Below, piece by piece: positions 1 to 13,125 of a DNA stretch of 64,000 bases (positions are counted from its first letter, which is position 1; every line of letters starts with the position of its first letter). A program made the position numbers and the translations under genes. Source of the DNA: Geosiphon pyriformis uo1 (Eukaryota; Fungi; Glomeromycota). Location of the stretch: NCBI GenBank assembly GCA_016748015.1, contig JAAOMT010000512.1, forward strand, positions 964,719-1,028,718. The letters run 5' to 3'. Below the pieces are notes generated by a model. The model did not search any database. It was not told where the DNA came from and saw only the letters and a program-made list of their open reading frames with translations.

Positions 1-1651
1 TTTTAATTTAATTTAAAATTTCATCAATTATTGATTCTTTAATATAGTAAGTAAAAAAAAAAAATAGATTTTTTTGTTCTATTTTAAAAAGTGTTCAAAT
101 AGTATGATGATCATCTTTATTTTCATCAGATGCAAATTACATTTATAAAGAATAATTTTATCTCAAGCAAGTATTTTTTTGCGAAATTAAAAATATTCTA
201 AAAGTACAAAATTTATACCGCACTATTTTTTTTAATAGAATTTATTGGAAAGAAATTATTTGTCTTCAAAGGTATCAGAATTATCGATTTCGTCTTCCAT
301 TTTTGGTAATTAGTAGATTATTCCAATTATTTTGAAAATTTTCTCTATAATCAAAGACGATTATCACATTCATTTGACCAAAACCGCTCTCTAATAGTCA
401 ATATTTAAGATGAAGCTATTTTTCTTATAGTTTTTGAGGTTACACAGTTTCCTAACGGCGCATAGAACAAAATTACTTTATATAAATTGGTGAAAAATCT
501 TTTTAAAATTAAAGTAATCGATTGGTTAGATTTTAAATTTAGATTTTAAATTGAAAATTATTTGCTTTGATGTTTCATAGAGTTTAACTACATTAATAAT
601 TAAAATTTAGGAAAATAATTTTAGCATTTTCTGTTCATTTCATATATAACTTTAAGGTTTATTAGAAAAAGTACTAAAATCACCAACATGTTATACTAAT
701 CATTATACTTTTAAAATGTAAATTTTATTCTCAAAATCCAAATTGTCAATCAAAAAAATGATTTTCATTTTGGAGTATATATTAAAAATTCAAGTATGTG
801 TATTTGAATTGGAAGTCAAAAATATATATACAATTAAAAATAAAAGATTCTCATATAGTTTTCAGTTTGAAATTTTGTTTTTTCTTTATACTCTAGGAAT
901 TTTTATGAAAAAAACAAAAAAAACCAATGGAACGAGTTAAAAAATTAAATAATTTCTTCTCACTTTACCATTCTGAATAAGGTTACTAATTAAAATTATT
1001 CGTTAATTTTCCCAAGATTATTAAAAGTCATTAGTAATCTCATAAATTTAATCAATTTCGAGCTCAAATCCTTCTTATTTGATAACAAAAAATAATATAT
1101 AAATTATTTGAAATATATTTGCAAAAAATTATTTGGAATCTAATTGTTTAGAATTGATTATTTTTTTGAATTTAAAATTAGCTATTATCAATTCAAATCT
1201 ACTTGAATTTTTATATTTATCATTAAAAACTTTTTTTGTCTAAATAGAGAATTCTTTCTCAACGTTTTTGACCAAGGTAGACACTATGAAGAGACAAAAA
1301 AAGAGCTTTCAAAAATAAAAATTGAACAAATACCTCACATAAAGTTGATATAATGCACATTAAAAAAAAAAAGTAATTATCCTCAGAGTGCTAAACAATA
1401 ACGGACACTTTCGGATACAATTTTTCAAAATAGAAAAGATTTCTACTAAAATTATTGAAGATTATGCAAATATAATTTAGCAAATTCTATTGTTTTTTCA
1501 TTTTCGTTGTTTGTAATTTTGTCCTGGGATTGCGGGGTGTTTCACTATGATCCAAAAAGACCTTACAATAAATATTCATCAAGTTTATGAGTGCAAAAAC
1601 ACAAGCAAGTTTTTCAAAAAATTCATTCTGAAACTTGCAAATTTTGAATGA

Positions 1652-3095
1652 ATGGGGAAAATGATAAGAACGTTTTTTTTCAATAGATCAAAAGATCTTT
1701 CATATAAAAAATCATGTAAAAGCTTCGTGTTGCTTTTGACGATATTCGGATTCTTTATTTTGAAAAAAAATTTCGATCACAGAAAATTCTCAATAAATCC
1801 AAACGATATTATTTTGGGAAAAAATTTTTCAAGCCAATCTATAATTCAATTAAGATCCCGAGAAATCTTATCAACTCTTTACCCGAAAAAACCTAATCTC
1901 TTAGCCACGGACTTTTCACATAATACGGGTCAAATGAGGGCCAGAATGGAACGTATAACAGACAGTTCAATATTAGAATTATTGACCACGTACGCCATTT
2001 ATGCTGCAAGGGCAATGTGTCTCGATGAAACTGATGGCCAATTATCAGCGGGCATTTATGGTGAATATTATCTTTGATCCTTCAATATTTTTTATCTCAT
2101 CATTCAGTGTTTAGTTTAAATTTTCATCTTTATTGAATTTCATACATAAAGGGAAGACTGAAGTACGTGGACTTGAATTAATTCTATATTTGCGAGGGGA
2201 TAGACTATCCACTGAACTCGAATGGAGATCAAGACCAAAGAGCTTTGTCCCATATCCAGGAATAAGAGGCGGGATGGTGGATGCAGTTTGGTATAGAATT
2301 TTCCGGCAAGCGGATAATTCAATCCTTAATATAGTCCAGAATGCTATGATCAAACAACCAATAAGGGATATCACTGTCATCGGACATGGAGTCGGTGGAG
2401 GTATTTGAAATTGGATTAAATAAAAAAAATATTTGAAATTCAAGTAATAATAAAATTTATAAAACCTTCCTTTATGATACTAGTATATGCAATTTTGGCG
2501 ATGTTGCAGATATATTCAGTAGATGGGGACAGACTAAAACAAAGTTATATCCCAATTAATTTGAAAGCTGTTACTTTTGGTCAACCCAGACTTGGAAATC
2601 GTAAAATGATGAGTTTACTTAATGAGCTTCAATATACCGAAGCTTTGCAAATATGGCGAGTTACAAATATGGATGATTTAGTTCCGAGGTTGCCTCAAAG
2701 GGGTATAACTGGTAAGAAAATTCGTGCCTATCTTTTAGCTCCCTAATTGTTTATTAAGTTGCAATTTTTATTCCTTTAAATTAAAGGTGAGGACTATGCA
2801 CACCCTCTCTCAGAATATTGGTTGGAGGGACAATGTGATTGCGAAGGGATTTCGTTCGTTTATTGGTGTCATGGGCCAAGAAATGTGGAGGAAGACGAAT
2901 TCTTTTTCGAAGAAAGCGAGGTTATTATCAATATTTTAAATTTGTTGAGATTTGTGAGTGATATTACTTAAAAGTAAAGGAATAATGAATTCTATCTTTT
3001 TTCAGCGTTGTGTTAATCAATATGTTGAACCGCGCATCCAACCTCATAATGGACCATACTTTAATGTGTTGATGGAATGTCCTACCAATCTTTGA
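1652..3095 (+). CDS. Class-3 lipase-fold protein 1, catalytic Ser replaced by Gly (pseudo-lipase), about 369 aa
   Basis: Exons 1652-2060, 2152-2400, 2484-2711, 2787-2920, 3006-3095, all GT-AG and phase-consistent (1110 nt). Motifs: N-terminal hydrophobic segment, YAARAMC, YLRGD, VIGHGVGGVYA, VTFGQPRLGN, RVTNMDDLVPRLP, YAHPLSEYW, CDC, HNGPYF. Confidence 0.9.
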
Positions 3096-3686
3096 ATTAT
3101 AAAAGTCAATAATTCTTGAAATTATTGAGCGTTCTTGCAATTATTAAAGTTTTTTCTAATAAGCCTGCAAAATTTTTTTATACCAAGAAAATTTTATATT
3201 GCTTTATATTTTGTTATAAAAATCATACTTTTTATTTATTTAAAAAAAATAAAAAAGACAAATTTGGTGAGGATGATTTTTTTTTAAGCAATAATGTTTC
3301 TTTTATAATAAAGCAAATTTGCTTCACTATCAAAAATTCTACAAGCTAGAACAATTAAATATCTAAGCACCTTTTTAGGTTAGAAAAATTTTTGTTATTA
3401 TAATTCAAAGTTGGAATTCGAATAAATTTTATTTGTCATTTAATTAATATCACATGAGATATATATATATAAATATAAATAAACAGAAAATTTTAAAATA
3501 ATAACGATTAGAATTTACATTCTTTATTTAGAATTAAAAAGCTTAAAGATTAGACATCTTTTTGTTTATGGAAATTGGGTTTCATGTTGAAATGTCAATT
3601 GAGATATACACATCATTTTAAAATCCTTGTCATTTTAAATTTTATTGGCTTAGGCTATTTTCAACCTTATTTAAATTTCACGTATT

Positions 3687-4996
3687 ATGAAAATTTTTTT
3701 ATTAATATTCATCGTACTCAATTTTTATCTCTACTTATGTGACAATAAAAACAACTTTGTTGAAGCAAATAGAAAATTTAAAGAAAAATTTTTTTTAAAT
3801 AATGTCTTTTTACCCGAGAAATCTCAAGAAATGCAAAAATTTAATTCCATTATTTCGACGAAAAATGAATTTCAATTTATAAATTTTTCTCAACCTTTAG
3901 ACTCCTTAGTAAAGAGAAGTAATTGGAATCGTAAAAAAGCTGGTGATGCCCAAAAATTCCTGATTGAAAGCCCCTTCTTTTATTCAAGAATAAAAAAATA
4001 TGCGCAAATTGCTTCCCTTGCCTATCATCTTAATCGTACTCATGGTTGGATCTCTCCTGGAATATGGGGTAAGTTTTTTAGATGTGAAGAAAAATATTCC
4101 CACCCTCAATTGTAAAAACTTAAAGCACAATTAAAGTTATTAATTGAAGATATATTTTTTTTTTTACTTGCAGGAAAAACCATGTACCACAATACTACTT
4201 TACTTTTCTATGTTAAAGGATTTCCTTGGTCTCCTGATGAGTGGAGAAGAAAACCCAATATTTTTATAAAATATGATGGAATCGATGGTGCTAAAGTTGA
4301 TTGTACATGGGAGATGGCTTATCGAGGAGCTCGCAAAAAAATTCAAAATCTGCTTCAAATTTTTGTTGAAAATAATATTGTAACTAGAATAATTGCTCTT
4401 GGGCATGGAGTTGGTGGTGGTAATCAACCTTTTTAAATATTTTTAAATATTTAAAATCAAAAGGATATTAATTTTTAATTAAATTTTCAGTTTATGCAAT
4501 ATTTGCAATGCTTGAATTTTTGAAAATTCGACAAGACATACCTTTATATGTTTACACTTTTGGGCAACCTCGATTCGGCAATATTAACTTTGCAAGATAT
4601 TTGAATGAGCTAAAAAGACTTCGAAAACTTCATATATATCGCGTGACTCATACAGATGATAAAGTACCATCGCTCCCTGCTACTGGTTTGCATGGCGAAG
4701 AATATTTTCATAGTGTGACCGAGGTTTGGATTTCAACGGAAGATTGTGATTGCGATTCAGCTTCAATTTATTTTTGCTATGGTGATGTAGTTGGGAAGGC
4801 AGGTGAAGCATTTATTACAGAAAGCAAGGTAAATTACTATTGAATTTCTTTTTATGTTGCTGCTGTTATTGCTGTTTTTAGTTAGCTAATAATAAAAAGG
4901 TGCTCGTACTAGCTTTGTAATTTACAGTTTGCCAATCCAACCTTTTTGAATCATAATGGTCCTTATTTAGGGGTGATAATGGACAAGCGTTTATAA
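3687..4996 (+). CDS. Class-3 lipase-fold protein 2, Ser replaced by Gly (pseudo-lipase), secreted, about 349 aa
   Basis: Exons 3687-4068, 4174-4419, 4491-4828, 4913-4996 (1050 nt). Signal peptide MKIFLLIFIVLNFYLYLC, KR site (LVKRS), ALGHGVGGVYA, YTFGQPRFGN, RVTHTDDKVPSLP, YFHSVTEVWI, CDC, HNGPYLG. Confidence 0.9.
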
Positions 4997-6202
4997 ACAT
5001 TGGCGTTAGCAATATTTCTAACTATACAAAAATTAATCACCACAAAAGTTCTTTTATTTATTTTGACAATTTATAAACTTAAGACTTAGCAAAGAGAACT
5101 GAATGAAATATCAACATTTAAAGAGAATTTTATGTTGAATTAATCGAATTTTACCAATAATATTACACAAATATTTTCCAAAGTTTTTATTCTTTCTTAC
5201 ACGATTTAAGAGAAGTAATTTCTTTACTAAAATATAATGTGTAAAAAAATAAGGTTCAAATTTTTTATCAAAAAAACTTTTATAGCAGATCAAAATGAAA
5301 TTGATAATTCTTGTAACCAGTAATGTCCATTTTGGAGTACAACCATTTTCATTTTGGCCTAACCTAAAACAATTTTAGAAACTCTAATAAAAATATTTTA
5401 AGTTAAAATATTGTGGTTTAGATTTTATCTAAATAAAAATCAGTGATTCAAATTGTTGGGGGCTGTGTTTGTCATCAGGTTATCAAGTTTTTTATTTTCC
5501 GAAATGTATAGATTTCTTTGATGTAAAATGATATTTCTCACACGTCTACGCTTCATGTATATCTTTCCAAACTTTTCAGTTAGGTATTTGTTATCATCAA
5601 CAAATTTGAACAAAAATATATTATCTTTTTAAAAGAGTTTGTTAATCACATGTTTTGACTTTACAAAATAAAAACTTGACTTATCCTTATATATTTTTGT
5701 TGTTAGAAAGTAATTCATATTTGTTAGTCTTACTTATGCTACATCTGGAAAGTTCAATAAATCTGTATCAAAAAATTTAAGAAGATGGCCTTTCTCGCTA
5801 AATTACTTACCCACGAACCTTATGAATTACTCATTAACTCATAAAAAATGATGAAACATAAATAAATTTGTTCATGACCTGGATATCTTGATCTTCTTAA
5901 ATTATATTTTGTCGTTAAACAGTCATTTTTACTAATTAAACTTTGAAAAGGGTCTTCTCTTATACCCTATAAAAATTAACCAGTGCAATTCTTATCTCAA
6001 TTTTCTTAACTATGAATTGGAAAATTTACTATATCACTTTTTCAGGCTCTAAATTCTTCATTAAATAAATTAATTAGCAAAAATCGATTGAAGCCAAGAA
6101 AAGTATTATACACAGAAACTCGTGTAAATTAACTTGTTAACAGTAGAAACATTATTACTTGTAAATCAAAAAAGCTAAAAGTAAATTAGGCTTACCAAAA
6201 TG

Positions 6203-7499
6203 TTAACCAGAAATAAAATCAGGTTCAATCATAACACCAAAGTATGGTCCATTATGAAGATTAAACCTTGGATTATCAAACTGATTGACACAAGACTAAA
6301 ATTTAAGAGTGAAAAGAAATTATTATTATAAAAGATGGAAAAAATCTTTTGTCAAAAATCTTAAATTTTGATTTACATACATCACTTTCGGCCCAAAAAA
6401 ATTGTCCGTATTCTAATATTCTGGGACCATAACAGAAAAATACTTCAATTTCTTCATCACATGTACAATCTGAAGATATCCAAGATTCTCCTAATGGATG
6501 AGCTAAATCTTGCCCATCTAAACTTTTCTTTGGTAGCCTGGGCACATAATCATCGTATAATGTTATACGAAAAATATAAAGTAATGCAGCGGAATTAAGA
6601 CGATTAAGATATGAAGCAAAAGCTCGGTTGCCTATCCGTGGTAGTCCAAATGTCATCGCCTGCAAAGGAGACTTATAATTTGGTGCAATTGTCAAATAGT
6701 GAAGAAGAGCAAATATAGCATACACTAAAGCATTCCAAATTTTAAAAAAATTTGACCATTTAGTTGAAATGAAATTCAAAATGGTAATAAGTTCTTTGCT
6801 TCAAAATTTTTACCTCCCCCTACGCTATGTCCAATGGCAGTAATTTTCTCTATAGCATGTTTATTCAAAACATTTCTAATCATATTCAAAATTATGATCT
6901 CACTTTCTTGGTACTTTGTATACCAATCTGAATCAACTTGTGCTCCTTTAGGACTTATAGGACGAAGTCCAAGTGTAAAATCAATTAATTTTGGCTGCCT
7001 TGACAACCATTCTTCTTGGGTAAGAGTCTCTCCACTTATATATAATAATAACTCATTTTTAACCACCTCGATTTTAGCTACGCACAAAATTCAATTCATA
7101 AGTCTTTGAATCCAATATTCACTTTGATATATATTTAAAATTTACCATGAATGCCTGGAGAAATGTATCCATCTAAATTTCTAATTTGATAACTTTTCTT
7201 TGCATCTTCTGCATAAGATCGGAAAGCAATTAAAGCATCGGAATTAATGAGTTGCTTTAGTCCATGGGTAGACTCCGATCTTTTTTGAAATTCTATTTGA
7301 AAGTCTCTTGTCAGTGAGGAACCTTTCGTAGATTTAAAACAATATTTAGTAATAATATCAAAGATTTTTATTGATAAAAATTACCTTTTAATTGAAAGGA
7401 TGAACTATTTTTCAATAGTTGGATGGATTCTACCCAAAAATATTTTAACGCGACAAAAAAATACACTAATCTTAGGAATATTGAAACAAAATATTTCAT
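6203..7499 (-). CDS. Class-3 lipase-fold protein 3, the only paralogue retaining GHSVGG, about 330 aa
   Basis: Exons 7499-7385, 7322-7146, 7077-6814, 6724-6381, 6295-6203 (993 nt). Hydrophobic N-terminus, FQKRS, AIGHSVGGVYA, MTFGLPRIGN, RITLYDDYVPRLP, HPLGESWI, CTC, HNGPYFG. Confidence 0.88.
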
Positions 7500-7860
7500 T
7501 TCAAATGAGAGAGTTGAACAGAAAAAGTAAAATTTACAGTTAATATTTTTTCTCAAATACGATTTATTATCAAAGAATTTCTAATACAAACGGGCAAAAT
7601 ATTTTCCGATTTGTATTAATTTCTTACTTTTTCAGCAAAATTAAAATTAAATTGTCCTATATTCTACTAAAAAAAACGTAGCATGCTCAATAAAGGCAAG
7701 AATTCATGAAAAACTCTTCATGAAATATTTAGAGATTTTCAAAAAACTTTAAGTCGTATTCAACTGAAATTTTTTTGGGATTTTATGGAATGATATCTGA
7801 CTACAAAATTCTTTAAAAAAATTGTGGTAGATTGTGTTCTAAATTTATCGAGAGGAAAAA

Positions 7861-8954
7861 TTTTTGTCGAACCTTTGATGAATATTTTGGAAAACCCTGC
7901 GACGTAGCACTTTTAAATGTCCTCATGAAATTATGGTGTTTAAGTAAAAAAAAAAAATACTTTACACAAAAAACCTTTCAATAAGATAATGAAAACTTGT
8001 TCATCACACTATCAAAGATAATTTGCTAAAAATATTTGGTTTTGTTTCCAAAAAAAAAAGAATAAAGACCCAGAAAGCTTATAACCTTGAACTTTTGTTC
8101 TAGGTACCAGGTCAAATAAAATTGTAATAACTCCTAGCATACAGGACAATTTATCAATTTACATAATTCAAGTTTTTGGGCCTTATTTATCTCCAGGTAC
8201 TACATGAGACGAATAAGTCGCAAATTGGTTCAAAACATCAGGATAAGTGACTTGGGTATTTATCCTTCAAATTACGATTCATCGTAAATGTTAGGGAATT
8301 CTTTATTTTTCACTTCGTTTGTACCATTTCTAAGGTTTAAAAAATTATAAATCAAGCGAAAAACTACATTAACACTTGGAAATTTTTAAGCATTACAGAG
8401 AGTTATTTGAAACTTCGGCACCAAAGATATTATCCCTTAGGATCAAGTACGATTGCACATACAAAACATAAAATGATGTGAGCCAAATACATTAATATAT
8501 CGGTATTCTCTGACAAAGACCCAGTTGCTTTATGGTCGGAATCTTGATGTTGATCGCCTAAAAATAGGATAAAGATTTTGAGGATCGGTGTAATCTTTTG
8601 CACTTGTTAACCGAGTATTTTCGCGAAAATGTCCCACGAGTTATTCCAGGTATTTGTATTTCAACGAACATTTCCCTATTCTGAAAAAATTCGTTAGAAG
8701 GGGATTTTGGTTTTACTAAAAGGGCTTACCCAATCGGATAAGATTTTATGAAAATTAAAGGAAACCTGCTCTTTAGCAGGAATAAAAGCAAAGTATCAAT
8801 TTTATTTTCTTCCGTTGTAAGATCTTATAGATAAGTGATATCTTAAAAAAGTTATTTCTCAGAGAACGAGGAAAACGATTCAGGGAAGCTGAAAACTAAA
8901 AACCGATCAGATGTATAAACTTCGCGCAGTTAACTGGGTGCCTCGAGAAATAAA
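7861..8954. repeat. Direct duplication, copy 1 (matches 9414-10507)
   Basis: Identical to 9414-10507 wherever compared, including homopolymer lengths. Ends at a 20-N gap and includes the first codons of lipase gene 4 (ATG at 8911). Confidence 0.9.
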
Positions 8955-8974
8955 NNNNNNNNNNNNNNNNNNNN
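8955..8974. other. Assembly gap (20 N)
   Basis: Run of N. Confidence 1.
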
Positions 8975-9393
8975 ATAACGATTTCGTAATCCAACCGATT
9001 TAAGAGCACGCCGAAGAGTTCTAAGAGAAATAGTTTGCTTTGTTTTTCGTTTCCAAAGAGTTCGTATATTCACAATACATAAAAGACGATTTTTTCCATT
9101 AAGTGTTACTAAACGTTTAAGTCGGCGATATTTTTGGTGAGTAAATAAACGTGGACGTCCTGAACGAGGTCTTGAATCAATTGAACCAGTTTCTTTAAAT
9201 CGTTTTATTGTATCCGAAACTGTTGTCAAGCTGCAATTGACTATGTTGGCAATATCACGATATTTCTTGACATGCTGCTGTAATAAGCAAATAGTATTAC
9301 GTTGAGCAATCATTAATTCTTTTTTTGCTCCCATTTCGTTTTAATAAAAACGACGAAAAAATCTTATATGCGCGTTACATTTCATTTTTATAA
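8975..9393 (-). mobile_element. Tc1/mariner transposase 5' fragment (HTH DNA-binding region) on a small contig between gaps
   Basis: ORF from 9334: KYRDIANIVNCSLTTVSDTIKRFKETGSIDSRPRSGRPR...ISLRTLRRAL. This is the paired-like HTH plus GRPR motif of Tc1 transposases. Truncated by the N gap. Confidence 0.85.
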
Positions 9394-9413
9394 NNNNNNN
9401 NNNNNNNNNNNNN
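9394..9413. other. Assembly gap (20 N)
   Basis: Run of N. Confidence 1.
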
Positions 9414-10507
9414 TTTTTGTCGAACCTTTGATGAATATTTTGGAAAACCCTGCGACGTAGCACTTTTAAATGTCCTCATGAAATTATGGTGTTTAAGTAA
9501 AAAAAAAAAATACTTTACACAAAAAACCTTTCAATAAGATAATGAAAACTTGTTCATCACACTATCAAAGATAATTTGCTAAAAATATTTGGTTTTGTTT
9601 CCAAAAAAAAAAGAATAAAGACCCAGAAAGCTTATAACCTTGAACTTTTGTTCTAGGTACCAGGTCAAATAAAATTGTAATAACTCCTAGCATACAGGAC
9701 AATTTATCAATTTACATAATTCAAGTTTTTGGGCCTTATTTATCTCCAGGTACTACATGAGACGAATAAGTCGCAAATTGGTTCAAAACATCAGGATAAG
9801 TGACTTGGGTATTTATCCTTCAAATTACGATTCATCGTAAATGTTAGGGAATTCTTTATTTTTCACTTCGTTTGTACCATTTCTAAGGTTTAAAAAATTA
9901 TAAATCAAGCGAAAAACTACATTAACACTTGGAAATTTTTAAGCATTACAGAGAGTTATTTGAAACTTCGGCACCAAAGATATTATCCCTTAGGATCAAG
10001 TACGATTGCACATACAAAACATAAAATGATGTGAGCCAAATACATTAATATATCGGTATTCTCTGACAAAGACCCAGTTGCTTTATGGTCGGAATCTTGA
10101 TGTTGATCGCCTAAAAATAGGATAAAGATTTTGAGGATCGGTGTAATCTTTTGCACTTGTTAACCGAGTATTTTCGCGAAAATGTCCCACGAGTTATTCC
10201 AGGTATTTGTATTTCAACGAACATTTCCCTATTCTGAAAAAATTCGTTAGAAGGGGATTTTGGTTTTACTAAAAGGGCTTACCCAATCGGATAAGATTTT
10301 ATGAAAATTAAAGGAAACCTGCTCTTTAGCAGGAATAAAAGCAAAGTATCAATTTTATTTTCTTCCGTTGTAAGATCTTATAGATAAGTGATATCTTAAA
10401 AAAGTTATTTCTCAGAGAACGAGGAAAACGATTCAGGGAAGCTGAAAACTAAAAACCGATCAGATGTATAAACTTCGCGCAGTTAACTGGGTGCCTCGAG
10501 AAATAAA
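9414..10507. repeat. Direct duplication, copy 2 (matches 7861-8954)
   Basis: Starts exactly at the gap edge and continues into intact lipase gene 4. Confidence 0.9.
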
Positions 10508-11840
10508 ATTTTGTTATTCATGTTTGATCATCTGCATATTTTATTATGCGTTGACAACAAAATATTCTGCTTTCAACGAATTTCGATTGAGAACGACAAT
10601 AAAATCCCACACTCAGAAATTATCGACAATAACAACAAACTCCAATGCGTCATCTATAAGTTTTTTATACGATAACTCTCCATTCAATGTTTCTAATTTC
10701 AAAGGAGGGCGAAATCAACTAGTCCGTAGGGTAGCTATGAAACCAAGCAAAGTTACCCAATTTAAAAACAAAATGATTCCTGTAAAAAATGCAGAAACAA
10801 TAAATTTATTGACGAAAATGGCAAGGCTATCGCAAGAAGCCTATTGTTTAAATGAAAAACAAAAGGTTTCTGTGGACTTTTATGGTGATATAATTTTTAA
10901 TTAGTTAATAAATTGAATCGAAAAAAAATCTCCTATTCACTAACTTTTTTCAATAGCCGATATCAATGTTGAAAGAGTGGATGAAAAGAAAATAGACATT
11001 CTGCTAAAATTTAGATGTGGTAAAATTTTGACTTATGAAGAATGGCTGGTTCGGCGTACAAGAGTGATAGGATTTCCGGAAATTGCTAATAATCGTCTAG
11101 ACATGGAATTTTGGAATAAAGGATCGGTCGGCGCAAAAATACTTTTGAGAAAACTCAAAGAGGTTCTTAAACAATACCCACATGAAATTTTAACTTTTTA
11201 TTTTACCGGGCATGATGTCGGTGGCGGTATTTAATCATTTATCATTAGTTTTTCAAATAATATAATTTTTTCCATTAGCTGTTCTGATTAATTGTGATAA
11301 ATTTTGTGACAATAGTATGGGCAGTACTTACCGCTTTTCTTCTTATAAGGGGGATTTTACCAACCTTACCCCGAGAAAGACTCATCGTGACAACCTTTGG
11401 TCAACCTCGTTTCTTAAATGGTCTTTTTTGCAGATATATGAAGAGTATCATGACCATATATAGAGTAACATTAAAGGACGATTATGTTCCTTCTTTTCCG
11501 GTAGTCACAAGAGATGCCTTTAATCATTTTCCAGAGGAATATTGGATTTCCAATGAGACCTGCGATTGTACTTCTGAGCCAGCTATTGTTTATCATTGTT
11601 TGAGCGATAAGATTCCACATAAATGGAGGCATGAACAAGGAGAGATTATATTCGAGGAACATCCGGTAAGGTCTTTAAAAGTTGAAAGACTTACCCGCTA
11701 TTTATTTGACATACTAACGTCAAGTTAATTTTTGACAGTTTTGCAATGCACAATTTCACGGTCAGACACCCGAAAGAAATGTTCATAATGGTCCATATTT
11801 TGGGTACACTTTCGGCTCTTGCCCCCAAAAGGAACAATAA
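10464..11840 (+). CDS. Class-3 lipase-fold protein 4, Ser replaced by Asp (pseudo-lipase), about 380 aa
   Basis: Exons 10464-10884, 10957-11226, 11316-11665, 11739-11840 (1143 nt). Signal anchor, LVRR, MARLSQEAYC, FTGHDVGGVWA, TTFGQPRFLN, RVTLKDDYVPSFP, FNHFPEEYWI, CDC, HNGPYFG, C-terminal Cys. Confidence 0.88.
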
Positions 11841-12889
11841 GAATGATCTCTTTTTGTTCAAGTTGGTTTCCTTATAAATTTGTTTTAGATGGATGTTTTC
11901 ATAAACTGCAAATTTCTTCAATTATTTATATTCTATTGTCAAACTTCCTTGGGTTCTTTTGATTCTAAAAATTGAAACCTTTCAAAGATAGTCTTAAGAG
12001 CATATATTTTATTAATCAAATAGATTCATACTATTACCGACTTTAAAGTTTTCTGAGGGGAAGATCATACCTTTCGACGGTCGTTTGTAGTTTAAGAACA
12101 AAATTTTAATGTTTCTTCAAATTAGAGATTCACCAGAATACGTTTTCTTATTTGGTTTCATCCGCTTATAATAAAGATTTTTGTTAGGTCAATCCGATTT
12201 CGATAATTGGGGATAAAAATCTATGAAAGCAATTTATCTCATTCTATTGAATTCAAAAAATCATCTAGATGATGATGCCAAGGTTTCGTATTTATATTAA
12301 TAGGAGCTGGGTTTCTCATAACATTTGTACATATTTCTTTTGTGCTGTGTCCTTCTGAATTGGCCTTGATTTTTTTAATTCGAATAAAAAGGATTTAAAA
12401 TTTAAAATTTTTCAGATGTCACAATTGTTAAAGTTAAAAAGATAAGAAATTTTTTTATTTGCTTCTTTAATGAAATTGAAAAAATTCAGAGCGGCTTTAA
12501 CCATGAACTAAATCAAAGACCTTGTACACCGAGTAAATATTGGCATAAAATAAGAGGGCAAAGAATTACAAATAAATGTTTATATTGTTGTAATTATTGA
12601 CATCTTATAGCTTGATTTGTAAGCATCTTTTTTAATTTTCACAAAAAGGTATGACCATCTAAATGCGCAACATCTTTATGGCAAAAGAATGTGGGCATAA
12701 TCTAAAAAGACTGAAATAGATAATTTTTTATTTAATTTAATTTTGTGAGATCACTTCCTATATAATAAAAAATAATATTTAAAACTATTTAACGAGCTTT
12801 TGAAAACATATTAAAAAAAGTTAAATTACTAAAAGTTTTATAATGGGTTTAAATGACTAAATTTAATATATAATATGTAATATTTTAAG

Positions 12890-13125
12890 TAATTCTTTCC
12901 TACCTTTGTGGATAAATGAAATCTTTAAAAATAGTATTTATAAAGTAAAATAAATGTCAAATCTATTAATTGAATCAAAGAATTAACAGGAAAAGACTTT
13001 GATTTGGTTGTTCTAGCTGATCAGAAACAGGAATGTGGTTGTGAAATTCCAGCTCACAAGGATGAATTATTGATTGAGATTTTTCTGTTTATAGGAAGTA
13101 AGAACGAGTATAAGGAAATATAAAG
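12890..13125 (+). pseudogene. Possible decayed remnant of a sixth lipase-fold paralogue
   Basis: 12974-13123 reads IKELTGKDF...QECGCE...IEIFLFIGSKNEYKEI*. This resembles the TG.D...CxC...IEVFFCYG...NEF segment of the intact paralogues. Upstream frames are broken. Confidence 0.3.

Noticed and set aside
8911-8954. Additional truncated copy of lipase gene 4
   Set aside because: Part of the exact duplication ending at a gap, so likely an assembly artefact.
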